64,000 nucleotides of DNA from Macrostomum lignano (taxonomy: Eukaryota), in contig NIVC01001940.1 of the NCBI GenBank assembly GCA_002269645.1, positions 62,001-126,000 on the forward strand, written 5' to 3'. A model generated the notes under the pieces. It was not told the DNA's origin. It made no database searches and saw nothing but the letters and a program-made list of their open reading frames with translations. Shown piece after piece: positions 44,354 to 60,577 of the stretch. How positions within the stretch are numbered: position 1 is the stretch's first letter; every line of letters begins with the position of its first letter. The position numbers and the translations under genes were made by a program.

Positions 44354-47324
44354 TTAAGACGCAGAGGGGAGGACCCTTGCGCGCGCGCACTCGCAGAACA
44401 GGCGGGAGGGGCAGGCAGCAGCAGCCTGAGCGGTCAGCTCAAGCGCCTGCAAGTCAGCGATGAGGCAGTCCGTTAGAGTGGCAGTGCGGGCCTGGCCGCG
44501 GCGCAATTGCTCGGTCGGCCGGTGCAGCATGGCCAGGGCCAGAGGGACGGGCGCACTGCGACCCAGGGTAGCGCTCAGGGGCGGAGTTCCAGCGCGGGCC
44601 ATCAGAGCGTTGGTCGACAGGCGATCCGGGTAGTGCACGCCCAGCAGCGATCGGTAAAGCGCGTCCAAGGCTCGCTCTCGCGTTTCGGTCAGCGACACAG
44701 CCTCCATGCCGTACAGCAGGATCGGCTCGACGGCCGCGCGGAACAGGCGCACCTTCAGGTCGTCTCTGGCAGCTGTAGTAAAAACGTTCATGAGGAGGTG
44801 CACGGCGCGCCAGGCCTGGTTCCTTCTGTCGGAGACAATTGCATCGGGGCTAATCACCAGGGCGCCGAGGCACCGGAAGTCCTTGCACACCGCGATGCGG
44901 TCTCCATTGGGCAGCGTTAGAGTTGGGCGGTATTCGTGCTCACGTGCAGCGCCTCCGTCTTGCGAGCGTTCACCAGCAGTCCAACACGGGCACCCTCGTC
45001 GCAGAGCCTTGTGAGAGCGCGCTGGGCAGCAGCTGGATCGCGGCAGAGCAGCGCGATGTCGTCAGCATACGCGAGAGCGGGAAGCGAAACAGCAGGGTGT
45101 CTGGAGCTTCGGCGTGAGACCAGCAAGTAGCTGTCATCCTCGCGGAGGGACCGACGAAGCACGTAGTCCACAACCACGAGGAAGAGCAGAGGAGCCAGCG
45201 TGTAGCCCTGAAGGACCCCTGAACTGGTGCCGAACTCTTCTGTGGGGCCGTCGCTCGACATGACAAAAGCCCTGGAGTCGCGGTAGAGGTCCATTACCGC
45301 GCTCACCAGCGCAGCAGGTACACCATAGTGAGATAAAAGCCAAGCGATCGCAGGCCTGGACACCGAGTCAAACGCCTTGCGAAAGTCGACAAAGATGATT
45401 GACACGGAGCGCTGGCGGGTCTTGCAGGCCTCGATGACAGAGCGGATGGTGGCAACCTGCTCGGTGGTGGACCTGCCCGGGCGGAAGCCGCTTCGGAGGC
45501 TCAGCAGCAGCGGGTTGAGGCTGGGCAGGAGTCGGTTGCGCAGAATCTCGTTCAGCAGCTTCGGCGTTGTGCATTCCAGAACGATGCCCCGCTGGTTGTC
45601 CAAGATGGTGGAGGCATCTTTCTTCGGGATGGAGACAATCTTGGAGGTGCGCCATTGCTGAGGAGCTGAGGCGGTCTCGTTGCCTCCAAGGCTGCAGTAC
45701 TTGTTCAGCAGGCAGGTGATGATCGGGGTGAGCTCGGGCAGCTTCAGGACCCTGGGAGGGATGGCGTCCACCCCAGCGGCAGCATCAGCTCGCATGGTCC
45801 TCAGTGCTCGGTCAACCGCAGTGATGTGGGCCGGTGTTGAAGGCGCCTGGCTGGGCTGGAGCGAAGTCTGGGATTGGCAGAAGAGGCGCAGTTGGAGCGG
45901 GCGCAGTGAGCAGCTCGCGGTAGTGGGTGGCCAGCAGGGCCTTGCGGTGCTCGGTGGAATCAGCGCCGACGATGGTGTTGGGCCTGGGCTTCCTGCCAGT
46001 CAGCTGGTTGATGGCCCTCCAGGCAGCACTATGGCGGCAGTTGTCAGTAGCGAGTTGGATTTCGCTCACAGCCTCTTCGATGAAGGCTTCAGTCCGCTGG
46101 GCGTAGATGCGCTGCAGCTCGTCCCTGGCAGCACTGGCCTGGTCGCTGTCATGGCCGTGGAGTGCAGCAGTGCTCTGCACATGCCGCCTTGCCTTGGAGA
46201 TGATGAGATCGCGGTCCCACAGGGCCTTTAGATGATTTGACTGTCTCCGTGGGAGAAGCACTGCAGCATCCTCGACAGCGTGATGGAAAGACTCGAAGGA
46301 CTCGGCTGGAGCAGGAGTGGCGGCATGCAGCTTGCGTAGGAAGACCTGCCGCGTGTCCGGGTTTCTCAGGTCGGCCCAGAGCGGGGGAGGTGGCGCAGGC
46401 CGGAGCTTTTGCCAGTGCAGATCGAAGTCGCATGCCACCAGGCGGTGATCAGATTGAACGCAGTCGGGGCGGATGTTGAGGACTCTGCGCACCCTGGACC
46501 TCAGAGCAGTTGGGCAGAGAATCCAGTCCAGCCGAGTCGTTCGCCCGTTGGGGCCAGAGAAAGTTGGAAGCTTGCTGAAGCGCTGTCGCATGATGCCATT
46601 GACAGCCATCAGATCTCTGGCCTGGATAAAACTGGATAGAAAAGGTGAGTTGGCATTGGGGATGCCACAGCTGTTCTTTATCAGGCGGCCGTCCGCTGGC
46701 AATGGCGAGTTGAATTCACCAGCAACAATGACAGAGTCACGAGCAGGGATGGAATCAAGCAGTCTCGTAAAGGGCTTCTGTCTCAGATGGATCTTCACTG
46801 GTCCGGGGGGCCGTTGGAGCATAGACAGAGATGATGTGAAGCCGCCTGTCTTTTCCGGCAAAGGAGGCGAGTCCCAGGCGCTCGGATGGAAACCTGATGT
46901 CCAGCAGCACTCTGGATGCGGCGGGCGACAGCAGGAAGCCGATGCCTCCAGTTCCCTGGGGGGTGGCTAAGGCAACCTTGAATTGCCAGCTTAGGCCCAG
47001 ATCCATAGATTCTTGAACTGCCAGGATGGAGATGTTGAGTTCGGCCGCCAGTCTTGTCAGCTCCTGCAGTCTCCATGTCTGACTGAGAGTGCGGGCATTG
47101 AAGGTGGCGACCCGAATCTGGCTTTGCAGATGCGGCTGACTTGTCTCCTTCTTGGCTCTGCTTGTGCGTGCATTGCGATGGCCCTCGAGGCTCCGGCTTG
47201 GCAGGCCGCGAGTCCTGGTGGGTCCGACAAGCATTGGTGCCAAGCACTTTGCGCCGCGCATTAAAGGGCTGCCGGCGGCGCTTAGAGGCCTCCTGACTCC
47301 GTCGTCCCCCGTGAGTCGCCCCAT
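44354..47324 (-). mobile_element. Degenerate RTE-clade LINE (APE-RT, frameshifted)
   Basis: VATFNARTL, AVQE, LDWIL..SDH, GFRPGRST, GVLQG/YADD, RLFRAAVEPILLYG; ends in (TA)n. Confidence 0.88.
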
Positions 47325-48018
47325 CTACATGTATGTATAGGGATGGGTATACCTATGTATTGTTCGACACAAAGCATATAGTTTTTTAATCAAAATAATG
47401 GTAGTCAAAATAATGGTAGATAGTCCTAAGGCACAAATTGTGTTTTTTTCAAAAGCATCTGAAAAAAGAACTTTTTCTTTTTTCTCTGACCTCTGACCTC
47501 CTTTGATGAATCATATAGCTATTGTAGTTATTATTTAAGCAATCAATAATCTGATAATTAAGAAAAAGATCAAGGGCTACTACATACAGTGTCTCTCATA
47601 TCAACGCTAGGGATTGAGCGGCTACCCCTATTCCCTGCTTGGCCGGACGCCAAACTGACAAAACAGTAGACAATAAGAATTCCTCGGCCTTAATTAGTCA
47701 CACTGCTGTACTTTAACGAATGTATTGAGAATTTAAAAGCAAAGCCTTAATATTTTTAGGAACAAAATTAAATACTAGATCAAATGGAGAATTCAAATGG
47801 TACACAAATCCATATGATGGATGCTCTGGTATAGGACAGGTCTTTTCTGTAATTTAATTTGAATTCCCAGCTCTGATTGGCTCACACCTGACCAATGTCT
47901 AAACATGGCCTGATCCCAATAAAATCAAAAGCACATTGCAATTCTTGCATTAATTCTTCAAGGAGAGAATATTATTCACGATTCTGCGACAGAAATTTAA
48001 CGAATTCAATTTGGAAAA

Positions 48019-48027
48019 CAGGTGAGT
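48019..48027 (+). promoter_or_regulatory. Candidate 5' splice donor of a non-coding GPCR 5' UTR exon
   Basis: CAG|GTGAGT, perfect consensus; pairs logically with the strong acceptor at 51839. Confidence 0.4.
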
Positions 48028-48224
48028 TTATCGTGTGTGCAAATCTGCTCATAAATGTTGTCCAATAAGCTTGAGCTCAGAGAACACAACATGTACCTGT
48101 ACAAGACTTGATGTGAATGTATCGCTTGCTACAAGCTTAGCGCTAGACTTTGATGGTACCTCGGATATTTGAAGGCCCACGCCAAATGGAATCTTAGAGA
48201 GTGTGCAAATTCGGATGTCAGGGT

Positions 48225-48772
48225 TGTGTCAGGGCGACACTTCGGATGTCAGAGCGTCACTTCAGATGTCAGGGAGACACTTCGGATGTCAGGGCGTCAC
48301 TTCGGATGTCAGGGCGTCACTTCGGATGTCAGGGCGTCACTTCGGATGTCAGGGCGTCACTTCAGATGTCAGGGCGACACTTCAGATGTCAGGGCGTCAC
48401 TTCGGATGTCAGGGCGTCACTTCGGATGTCAGGGCGTCACTTCGGATGTCAGGGCGTCACTTCAGATGTCAGGGCGTCACTTCGGATGTCAGGGCGTCAC
48501 TTCGGATGTCAGGGCGTCACTTCAGATGTCAGGGCGTCACTTCGGATGTCAGGGCGTCACTTCGGATGTCAGGGCGTCACTTCAGATGTCAGGGCGTCAC
48601 TTCAGATGTCAGGGCGTCACTTCGGATGTCAGGGCGTCACTTCGGATGTCAGGGCGTCACTTCGGATGTCAGGGCGTCACTTCAGATGTCAGGGCGTCAC
48701 TTCGGATGTCAGGGCGTCACTTCAGATGTCAGGGCGTCACTTCGGATGTCAGGGCGTCACTTCGGATGTCAG
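48225..48772. repeat. 20-bp minisatellite CTTCGGATGTCAGGGCGTCA
   Basis: Direct periodicity. Confidence 0.95.
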
Positions 48773-49187
48773 CATCACTTTGGATAATTGTAGCTCGCAT
48801 AGGGTAAACACTTCGAGTGTCACTTTTTCGATTACTAATTAGTTGTATTGCCTCAAATGCACCATTGTTGGACGATAGAATTGGAACAAGAGTTAATCCA
48901 GGAGTGCTATAAATATAATTTAAAAAGAATGCAAATTCATAAAAATCCATAGAAAAATACTGCCGTGCCAGCACGACTTTGAAACTTTCGATGAGAAATG
49001 AGTGCTGCAACAATGCTGCATAAGCTTCCTTCTGAATTAGCGTTTGATTCGTTAGCATGGCAACGAGTCGTGAAGCTGGCCGTCAGTGTCAAATATTTTC
49101 CAAGAGTAAACAGAGCGAAGCCGCGGTCCGCTACAGTTAATGATAGCAGCCACACCGTTATCCAAATCATGGAATTTTCCCTGCCTA

Positions 49188-50498
49188 CGAGGGTCACTCA
49201 GAAAGTTCTTAGCCTGAACACGAAAACAGCAACAAATGAACTAAAAAACGACTACAAGTGCTCAAAATACTCTCCACCGGCATTGATACAGGCTTGCATC
49301 CTGTGAAACCAGCTGTCAAAGCACTGCCGCCAATCCTCATCCCGGAGCTCCTCGATGATGTTTTTGAACTCATTCACAGCTTCTTCCGGTGAAGAAAAGA
49401 CCTGGCCCTTCAGAATCTCCTTGCACTTCGGAAACAGAAAAAAGTCGCACGGTGCCAGGTCTGGACTATACGCAGGGTGAGTCATCAGCTGGACCCCACA
49501 GTCAGCCAGAAACTCAAGAGTTTGAGCAGCCGTGTGCGCGCTGGCGTTGTCGTGGTGCAGAAGCACCCAGCGCATTCCGCACCTTGGGCGCCTCTGGCTC
49601 ACAGCAGAAAAGACTTTGGGCAGGCAAACCGTTGTGTACCAGTCAGCGGTGACTGTCTGGCGATCTTCAAGTGAAACGGAAGCCACATGCCCAGTGCGCA
49701 TGAAGAAACAGGCCACCATCTGCTTGCCGACACTCCGGCTGCGTCGAAACTTGGTGGGGCTGTCCTCATCTCCAAAGGTCCACATGGCTGACTGGCGCTT
49801 GCTTTCGGGGTCGTATTGATAAATCCAGGTCTCATCGCCCGTGAGGATGTCCCAGATACGCCGGCTGGTCCCAGATTCGAATTTCTGCAGCATGAATCGG
49901 CACCAAGCAACCCTGGTGTCCTTCTGCACGTCCGACAGCTGATGGGGGATCCACCGGGAAGCCAGCTTCCGCACTCCAAGGTGTTCGTGCAGAATGGCGT
50001 GCGCACTCCCCGATCCAATACCGATCTCCTGCTGGATCTGCTGGTAGGTCACTCGCCGGTCAGCGGCAATCATGCTGGACACAGCGCAGATATTTTCTGG
50101 AGTCACTGCGTCACAGGGTCTCCCGGATCGATGTTCATCTTCGAGGCTTTCTCGACCTCGGCGAAACTCAGCGAACCAGTTTTTGACGGTTGCGTATGAA
50201 GGACATACATGGGTAAAAACGTTCTGTAAAGTTTGATACGATTCGGCCGGCGACTTGCCTTGCTTGAAGTGCAAGTACATCATTGCTCTGAAGTCGCGAT
50301 TTTCCAGCTTCATTGTTGAATTGAAGAACTCAGGGGGGTGAACTGACTCTAACTCGCTGCAGTGGACTCAAAAGTGGCTGCTTCTGTTTGAAATTTTTGT
50401 TGCAATACTTTTAAAAGTTGGTCTTTACCATAGACAAATTTCATGCTTCTACGTCTCGTGGATCCTACTCAGGCTAAAGACTTTCTGAGTGACCCTCG
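49188..50498 (-). mobile_element. Intact mariner (DD34D) DNA transposon
   Basis: 30-bp TIRs CGAGGGTCACTCAGAAAGT(TC/CT)TTAGCCTGA with 2 mismatches, TA target duplication on both sides. Confidence 0.95.
49252..50313 (-). CDS. Mariner transposase, 353 aa
   Basis: WIPHQL, GDETW, HDNA, YSPDLAPCD; 34 residues between the 2nd and 3rd Asp. Confidence 0.95.
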   Translation of the reverse strand: MKLENRDFRAMMYLHFKQGKSPAESYQTLQNVFTHVCPSYATVKNWFAEFRRGRESLEDEHRSGRPCDAVTPENICAVSSMIAADRRVTYQQIQQEIGIGSGSAHAILHEHLGVRKLASRWIPHQLSDVQKDTRVAWCRFMLQKFESGTSRRIWDILTGDETWIYQYDPESKRQSAMWTFGDEDSPTKFRRSRSVGKQMVACFFMRTGHVASVSLEDRQTVTADWYTTVCLPKVFSAVSQRRPRCGMRWVLLHHDNASAHTAAQTLEFLADCGVQLMTHPAYSPDLAPCDFFLFPKCKEILKGQVFSSPEEAVNEFKNIIEELRDEDWRQCFDSWFHRMQACINAGGEYFEHL

Positions 50499-50614
50499 TA
50501 CAACCTGCTCCGTTGTCCTGCAAAATATTCAGAATTCAGAGACGAAATGGGATAGGAGCTACCAAGCGGGGTGGGCGATCTCAGCCATTGTGAAATTACC
50601 TGTTAGATGGTTGG

Positions 50615-51025
50615 TGACATTCACCTGTACGGATGGGTGGATATCCTGTTAGACTCGGGAGATGCATGTAAATGTGCAGGTTTAGGTAAAGGTGACATCC
50701 TGTTAGACACGGGAGATGCATGTACATGTGCAGGATTAGGTAAAGGTGACATCCTGTTAGACACGGGAGATGCATGAACCTGTGTAGGATTAGGTAAAGG
50801 TGACATCCTGTTAGACACGGGAGATGCATGAACCTGTGTAGGATTAGGTAAAGGTGACATCCTGTTAGACACGGGAGATGCATGAACCTGTGTAGGATTA
50901 GGTAAAGGTGACATCCTGTTAGACACGGGAGATGCATAAACCTGTGTAGGATTAGGTAAAAGGTGACATCCTGTTAGACACGGGAGATGCATGAACCTGT
51001 GTAGGATTAGGTAAAAGGTGACATC
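50615..51025. repeat. 54-bp minisatellite
   Basis: gtgacatcctgttagacacgggagatgcatgaacctgtgtaggattaggtaaag units. Confidence 0.93.
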
Positions 51026-51419
51026 CTTTGACGAATTTTAGCGGACTTCTCTTAGCACAGATCGACCTACTATACTCGTAGTATGGTCTTCCAGCTACAG
51101 TAGCAAAAGCCATTGAGGGACACACAGAGCGCAGTGTTTGCACTGGTTTTTTAGATAAGAATATCCTGGATGCTGGATGAGTGAGATTTTACTTCATCGT
51201 CTGGCTGTCCAAGCCAAACAGAGCACAAACAGCCGCAACGCCCCAGTTTATTATCTATAAACCTCTGCTCTCCCTCGATCTCCGATAAATGCACCGTTTG
51301 ACAGGCACAAGTATAATACCATTCTTCCGTTATGATAAAAATAAATTTGCTGTTTTTTTCACCCATTTATTTTTTGCATCTATAAGGGCCGTACCGTGTC
51401 TTTAAACGCCTTTCGTAGT

Positions 51420-51660
51420 TCCTCCTTCTCCCACTCCCTCTCTCCCACTCCCTCCCTCCCACTCCCTCTCTCCCACTCCCTCTCTCCCACTCCCTCTCTC
51501 CCACTCCCTCTCTCTCACTGCCTCTCTCCCACTCCCTCTCTCCCACTCCCTCGCTCCCACTCCCTCTCTCCCACTCCCTCTATCCCACTCCCTCTCTCCC
51601 ACTCCCTCTCTCCCACTCCCTCTCTCCCACTCCCTCTCTCCCACTCCCTTTCTCCTACTC
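51420..51660. repeat. 14-bp minisatellite CCCACTCCCTCTCT
   Basis: Direct periodicity. Confidence 0.93.
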
Positions 51661-51779
51661 TCTCACTACCGACTTGTAAATGTATAATAGATGAATCAAG
51701 TCGGCAATCAATCCATCAGAGCAAAAACTTTCCCTGACGAATAGCAACACGTTTCGGCAGTTCCTTAATCTACGTAAAT

Positions 51780-51840
51780 CTAATCTGATTATTATGACCT
51801 CTTTTCTCTTCCTTCCTCTCTCTCTCCTTTTTGCGTTAGG
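51780..51840 (+). promoter_or_regulatory. 3' splice acceptor (cis or trans) upstream of the GPCR CDS
   Basis: CTAAT branch-like motif, ~34-nt pyrimidine tract, TAG|G; 75 nt upstream of the ATG. Confidence 0.6.
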
Positions 51841-51914
51841 TTTTTGCAATAACTTCCACTTTCTGCTTCAGATAAACAAAACACAAGCCACTCAAATAAA
51901 CAAATTGGAGCGTC

Positions 51915-52901
51915 ATGACGCCGGAGCAGCTGAAAAGCTTCGGCCTGGCCTACCGCGCCATTCTGCTGTGTCTGGGCCTGCCCTCAAACGCGCTGGTTCT
52001 CCTGGCCATGTCCGCCAAGCGACTGCGCGGCGGCAGCATCAGCGTCCAGCTTCGCGGTCTGGCAGCCAGCGGCTCCATCAGCCTGCTGTTCGGTCTGGCC
52101 CCGGATCTGGCGCTTCGAGCCGGCGCCCCGCCGCCACCAGCTGCCGATGTTGCCTGCCCGCTGTTGTCCTTCCTGGAGTACTGCAGCGGCGATGTGGCCG
52201 TGTGGATTGTGCCCTGTCTGGCCGCCGACCGGCTGGTGGCGCTTCTGGCGCCGGCGCGGGCTGCCAGGCGCCTGGCAACCACCAGAGCGGCGCTGGTGCA
52301 GCTGCTGGGCCTGGCGCTGCTAGCGGCGGCCAAGAACATCATTGTGCTGCTCGGCCGCGCCATGGTGGTGGTGCCGGCGGCTGGCAATTCCACCCGGCTC
52401 CGCTGCACCTGGCGGCCGGAGTTCGCCCAGACCAGGGAGATTCGTAGCTACGTTGCCATGGCAACGGTAGCCATCGCGCCCAGCCTGCTGGTGCTGGCGC
52501 TGAACGCCATTCTGCTGTGGGCGCTGTGCCGCCGCATGCGTCGCGGCCGTCGGATCGGCTCGACGTCGGTCGCTTCGAACTCCTCGGCGATGACGAACAC
52601 TCCCCCGGCAGTGTCGGCCTCGACCTCGGACGCAACGTCGAAGGCGATGCGCGGCTCCGTAGCCGTGACGCTGGCGATCTCGGCCAGCTTTGTCGTGCTC
52701 CTGATGCCGAACTTTGCCTACCTGATGGCTATCAACCTGGTTGATGTATCGCAGGACACAAAAGACCTGCTGTCTGAGGTGTTCCAGATGCTGTACAATC
52801 TCAACCACACCGTCAACTTTCTGCTCTACGTTGCCGCGTCTCCGAATTTTCGACGCGAATTGGTCGGCTTGTTGCTCTGCCGCAAAGTGGCTGGCAAGTG
52901 A
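51915..52901 (+). CDS. Class A (rhodopsin-like) GPCR, probable peptide/orphan receptor, intronless CDS, 328 aa
   Basis: Seven hydrophobic segments, TM3 Cys and ECL2 Cys, DRL in place of DRY, TM7 NHTVNFLLY followed by helix 8 SPNFRREL. Confidence 0.9.
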   Translation: MTPEQLKSFGLAYRAILLCLGLPSNALVLLAMSAKRLRGGSISVQLRGLAASGSISLLFGLAPDLALRAGAPPPPAADVACPLLSFLEYCSGDVAVWIVPCLAADRLVALLAPARAARRLATTRAALVQLLGLALLAAAKNIIVLLGRAMVVVPAAGNSTRLRCTWRPEFAQTREIRSYVAMATVAIAPSLLVLALNAILLWALCRRMRRGRRIGSTSVASNSSAMTNTPPAVSASTSDATSKAMRGSVAVTLAISASFVVLLMPNFAYLMAINLVDVSQDTKDLLSEVFQMLYNLNHTVNFLLYVAASPNFRRELVGLLLCRKVAGK

Positions 52902-53244
52902 GCGATAGAGAGACGACAATTTCTGACAAAAATCGACTCGACAATCTCCACAGCAATATCTCTATACTTCTTCATTAGCTGAGTCGAGCTTTCAACATTA
53001 AATGTCTGGCACACAAAGCTGTGAAAGAAGCTTATTAGCAGGGGGGCAAACGGCAACTTAAACCGAGGGACTCTGTGACATCCGCCAGCTTTTTGTTTTT
53101 CGAGGAGGCTCTTCCCCCTCCTTTTCGTTCTGGCCTGGCGTGGAAGCGGCTAGCTTCCTCGTCTTGGTCTGCTGGTGGGGGACGGATCCCCCCTGCTGCT
53201 TTTTTGCGGGGCAGGTGGCTGCTAAGTAGTTGGCTGCTGGCTAA

Positions 53245-58331
<5,087 letters not shown>

Positions 58332-58421
58332 TCCTTGTGCTCTTTTACCTTGGGGTTGCGATAGGGGCCTCGCGGCCTATTCGCGGCGCCTGCGCCCCCC
58401 GTCAGTAGTAAGTAAGTAAGT

Positions 58422-59925
58422 AAGCTTATTAGCAGCTGAAACATTAGCCTGAAGCTGATTAGCAGCTGAAACATTAGCCTGAAGCTGATTAGCAACTGAA
58501 ACATTAGCCTGAAGCTGATTGGCAGCTGAAACATTAGCCTGAAGCTGATTAGCAGCTGAAACATTAGCCTGAAGCTGATTAGCAGCTGAAACATTAGCCT
58601 GAAGCTGCAATTAACAGCTGAAAAATAGCCTGAAGCTGATGAGCAGCTGAATCATTAGCCTGAAGCTGATTAGCAACAGAAACATTAGCCTGAAGCTGAT
58701 TAGCAGCTGAATCATTAGCCTGAAGCTGATGAGCAGCTGAAAAATTAGCCTGAAGCTGCAGTTAACAGCTGAAACAATAGCCTGAAGCTGATGAGCAGCT
58801 GAAACATTAGCCTGAAGCTGCAGTTAACAGCTGAAACAATAGCCTGAAGCTGATTAGCAGCTGAATCATTAGCCTGAAGCTGATGAGCAACAGAAACATT
58901 AGCTTGAAGCCGATTAGCAGCTGAAACATTAGCCTGAAGCTGCAATTAGCAGCTGAAACATTAGCCTGAAGCCGATTAGCAGCTGAATCATTAGCCTGAA
59001 GCTGATTAGCAGCTGAATCATTAGCCTGAAGCTGATGAGCAGCTGAATCATTAGCCTGAAGCTGATTAGCAACAGAAACATTAGCCTGAAGCTGATTAGC
59101 AGCTGAATCATTAGCCTGAAGCTGATGAGCAACAGAAACATTAGCTTGAAGCTGATTAGCAGCTGAAACATTAGCCTGAAGCTGATTAGCAGCTGAAACA
59201 TTAGCCTGAAGCTGCAGTTAACAGCTGAAACAATAGCCTGAAGCTGATTAGCAGCTGAATCATTAGCCTGAAGCTGATGAGCAACAGAAACATTAGCTTG
59301 AAGCCGATTAGCAGCTGAAACATTAGCCTGAAGCTGATTAGCAGCTGAAACATTAGCCTGAAGCTGCAATTAGCAGCTGAAACATTAGCCTGAAGCCGAT
59401 TAGCAGCTGAATCATTAGCCTGAAGCTGATTGGCAGCTGAAACATTAGCCTGAAGCTGATTAGCAGCTGAATCATTAGCCTGAAGCTAATTGGAAGCTGA
59501 AACATTAGCCTGAAGCTGATTAGCAGCTGAAACATTAGCCTGAAGCTGATTGGCAGCTGAAACATTACCCTGAAGCTGATTAGCAGCTGAAACATTAGCC
59601 TGAAGCTGATTAGCAGCTGAAACATTAGCCTGAAGCCGATTAGCAGCTGAATCATTAGCCTGAAGCTGATTAGCAACTGAATCATTAGCCTGAAGCTGAT
59701 TAGCAACTGAATCATTAGCCTGAAGCTGATTAGCAACTGAATCATTAGCCTGAAGCTGATTAGCAACTGAATCATTAGCCTGAAGCTGATTAGCAACTGA
59801 ATCATTAGCCTGAAGCTGATTAGCAACTGAATCATTAGCCTGAAGCTGATTAGCAACTGAATCATTAGCCTGAAGCTGATTAGCAACTGAATCATTAGCC
59901 TGAAGCTGATTAGCAACTGAATCAT
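58422..59925. repeat. 30-bp minisatellite TTAGCAGCTGAAWCATTAGCCTGAAGCTGA
   Basis: Direct periodicity with 33-bp variants; begins at the LINE TSD. Confidence 0.95.
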
Positions 59926-60577
59926 CTATCGTATTTTTCAACCTGTCTAGATTTAGTGGTTAAAGCCAATAAAATTTACTCATTTTTACTTTCCGAATTC
60001 TATCTAGAAAGTAGCGATCTTAAAGGTTTTATTAAAAAATCCTTAAAAAGTCAAAATATGAAGTCCATGTTATAATACGTAAGAATTAATCGATACAAGA
60101 AAGCAGAGATTTCTGAGTAAACCGTGTTTATCGATCATTTTTTTCATTGTCTTTTTTCAGCATTAGTGGCTGAAATGATTAGATACGGGGGTAGCACAGA
60201 TAAGAGTGGCGAAGTGTTAATGCGTTTTCGATCGGCCATTAATCTGTCTGAGCCATGACCTGCGGGTCAATACTGTGTCAGCGCATCCTCAGGTGTCAGC
60301 GGTATTATTGGCATTCCGATTCGTAATTGCTGGCCAAAAATATTGTAGAATCAGAATCTACAGGCACCCTGCTTACAAACCGAAACTACAAGGATTTATA
60401 AAAAATCATGATTTTCGTTGGTATAATCAGGGGCGTCGCCTCCGGGGAGGGGGGGCGGACAAGGAGGACATGCCCCCTTAGTAAAAGCCACGGATGGGGG
60501 ACATATCCAATGCTTCCCCCCCCCCTCTACTCTAACTTTGTGTTGTTCCATTATGAAATTCAATAGTTTTACTTTAG

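Noticed and set aside
47200-47340. HDV-like ribozyme at the RTE 5' end (also sought at 53041-53260)
   Set aside because: Could not assemble P1/P3/P1.1 pairings by eye
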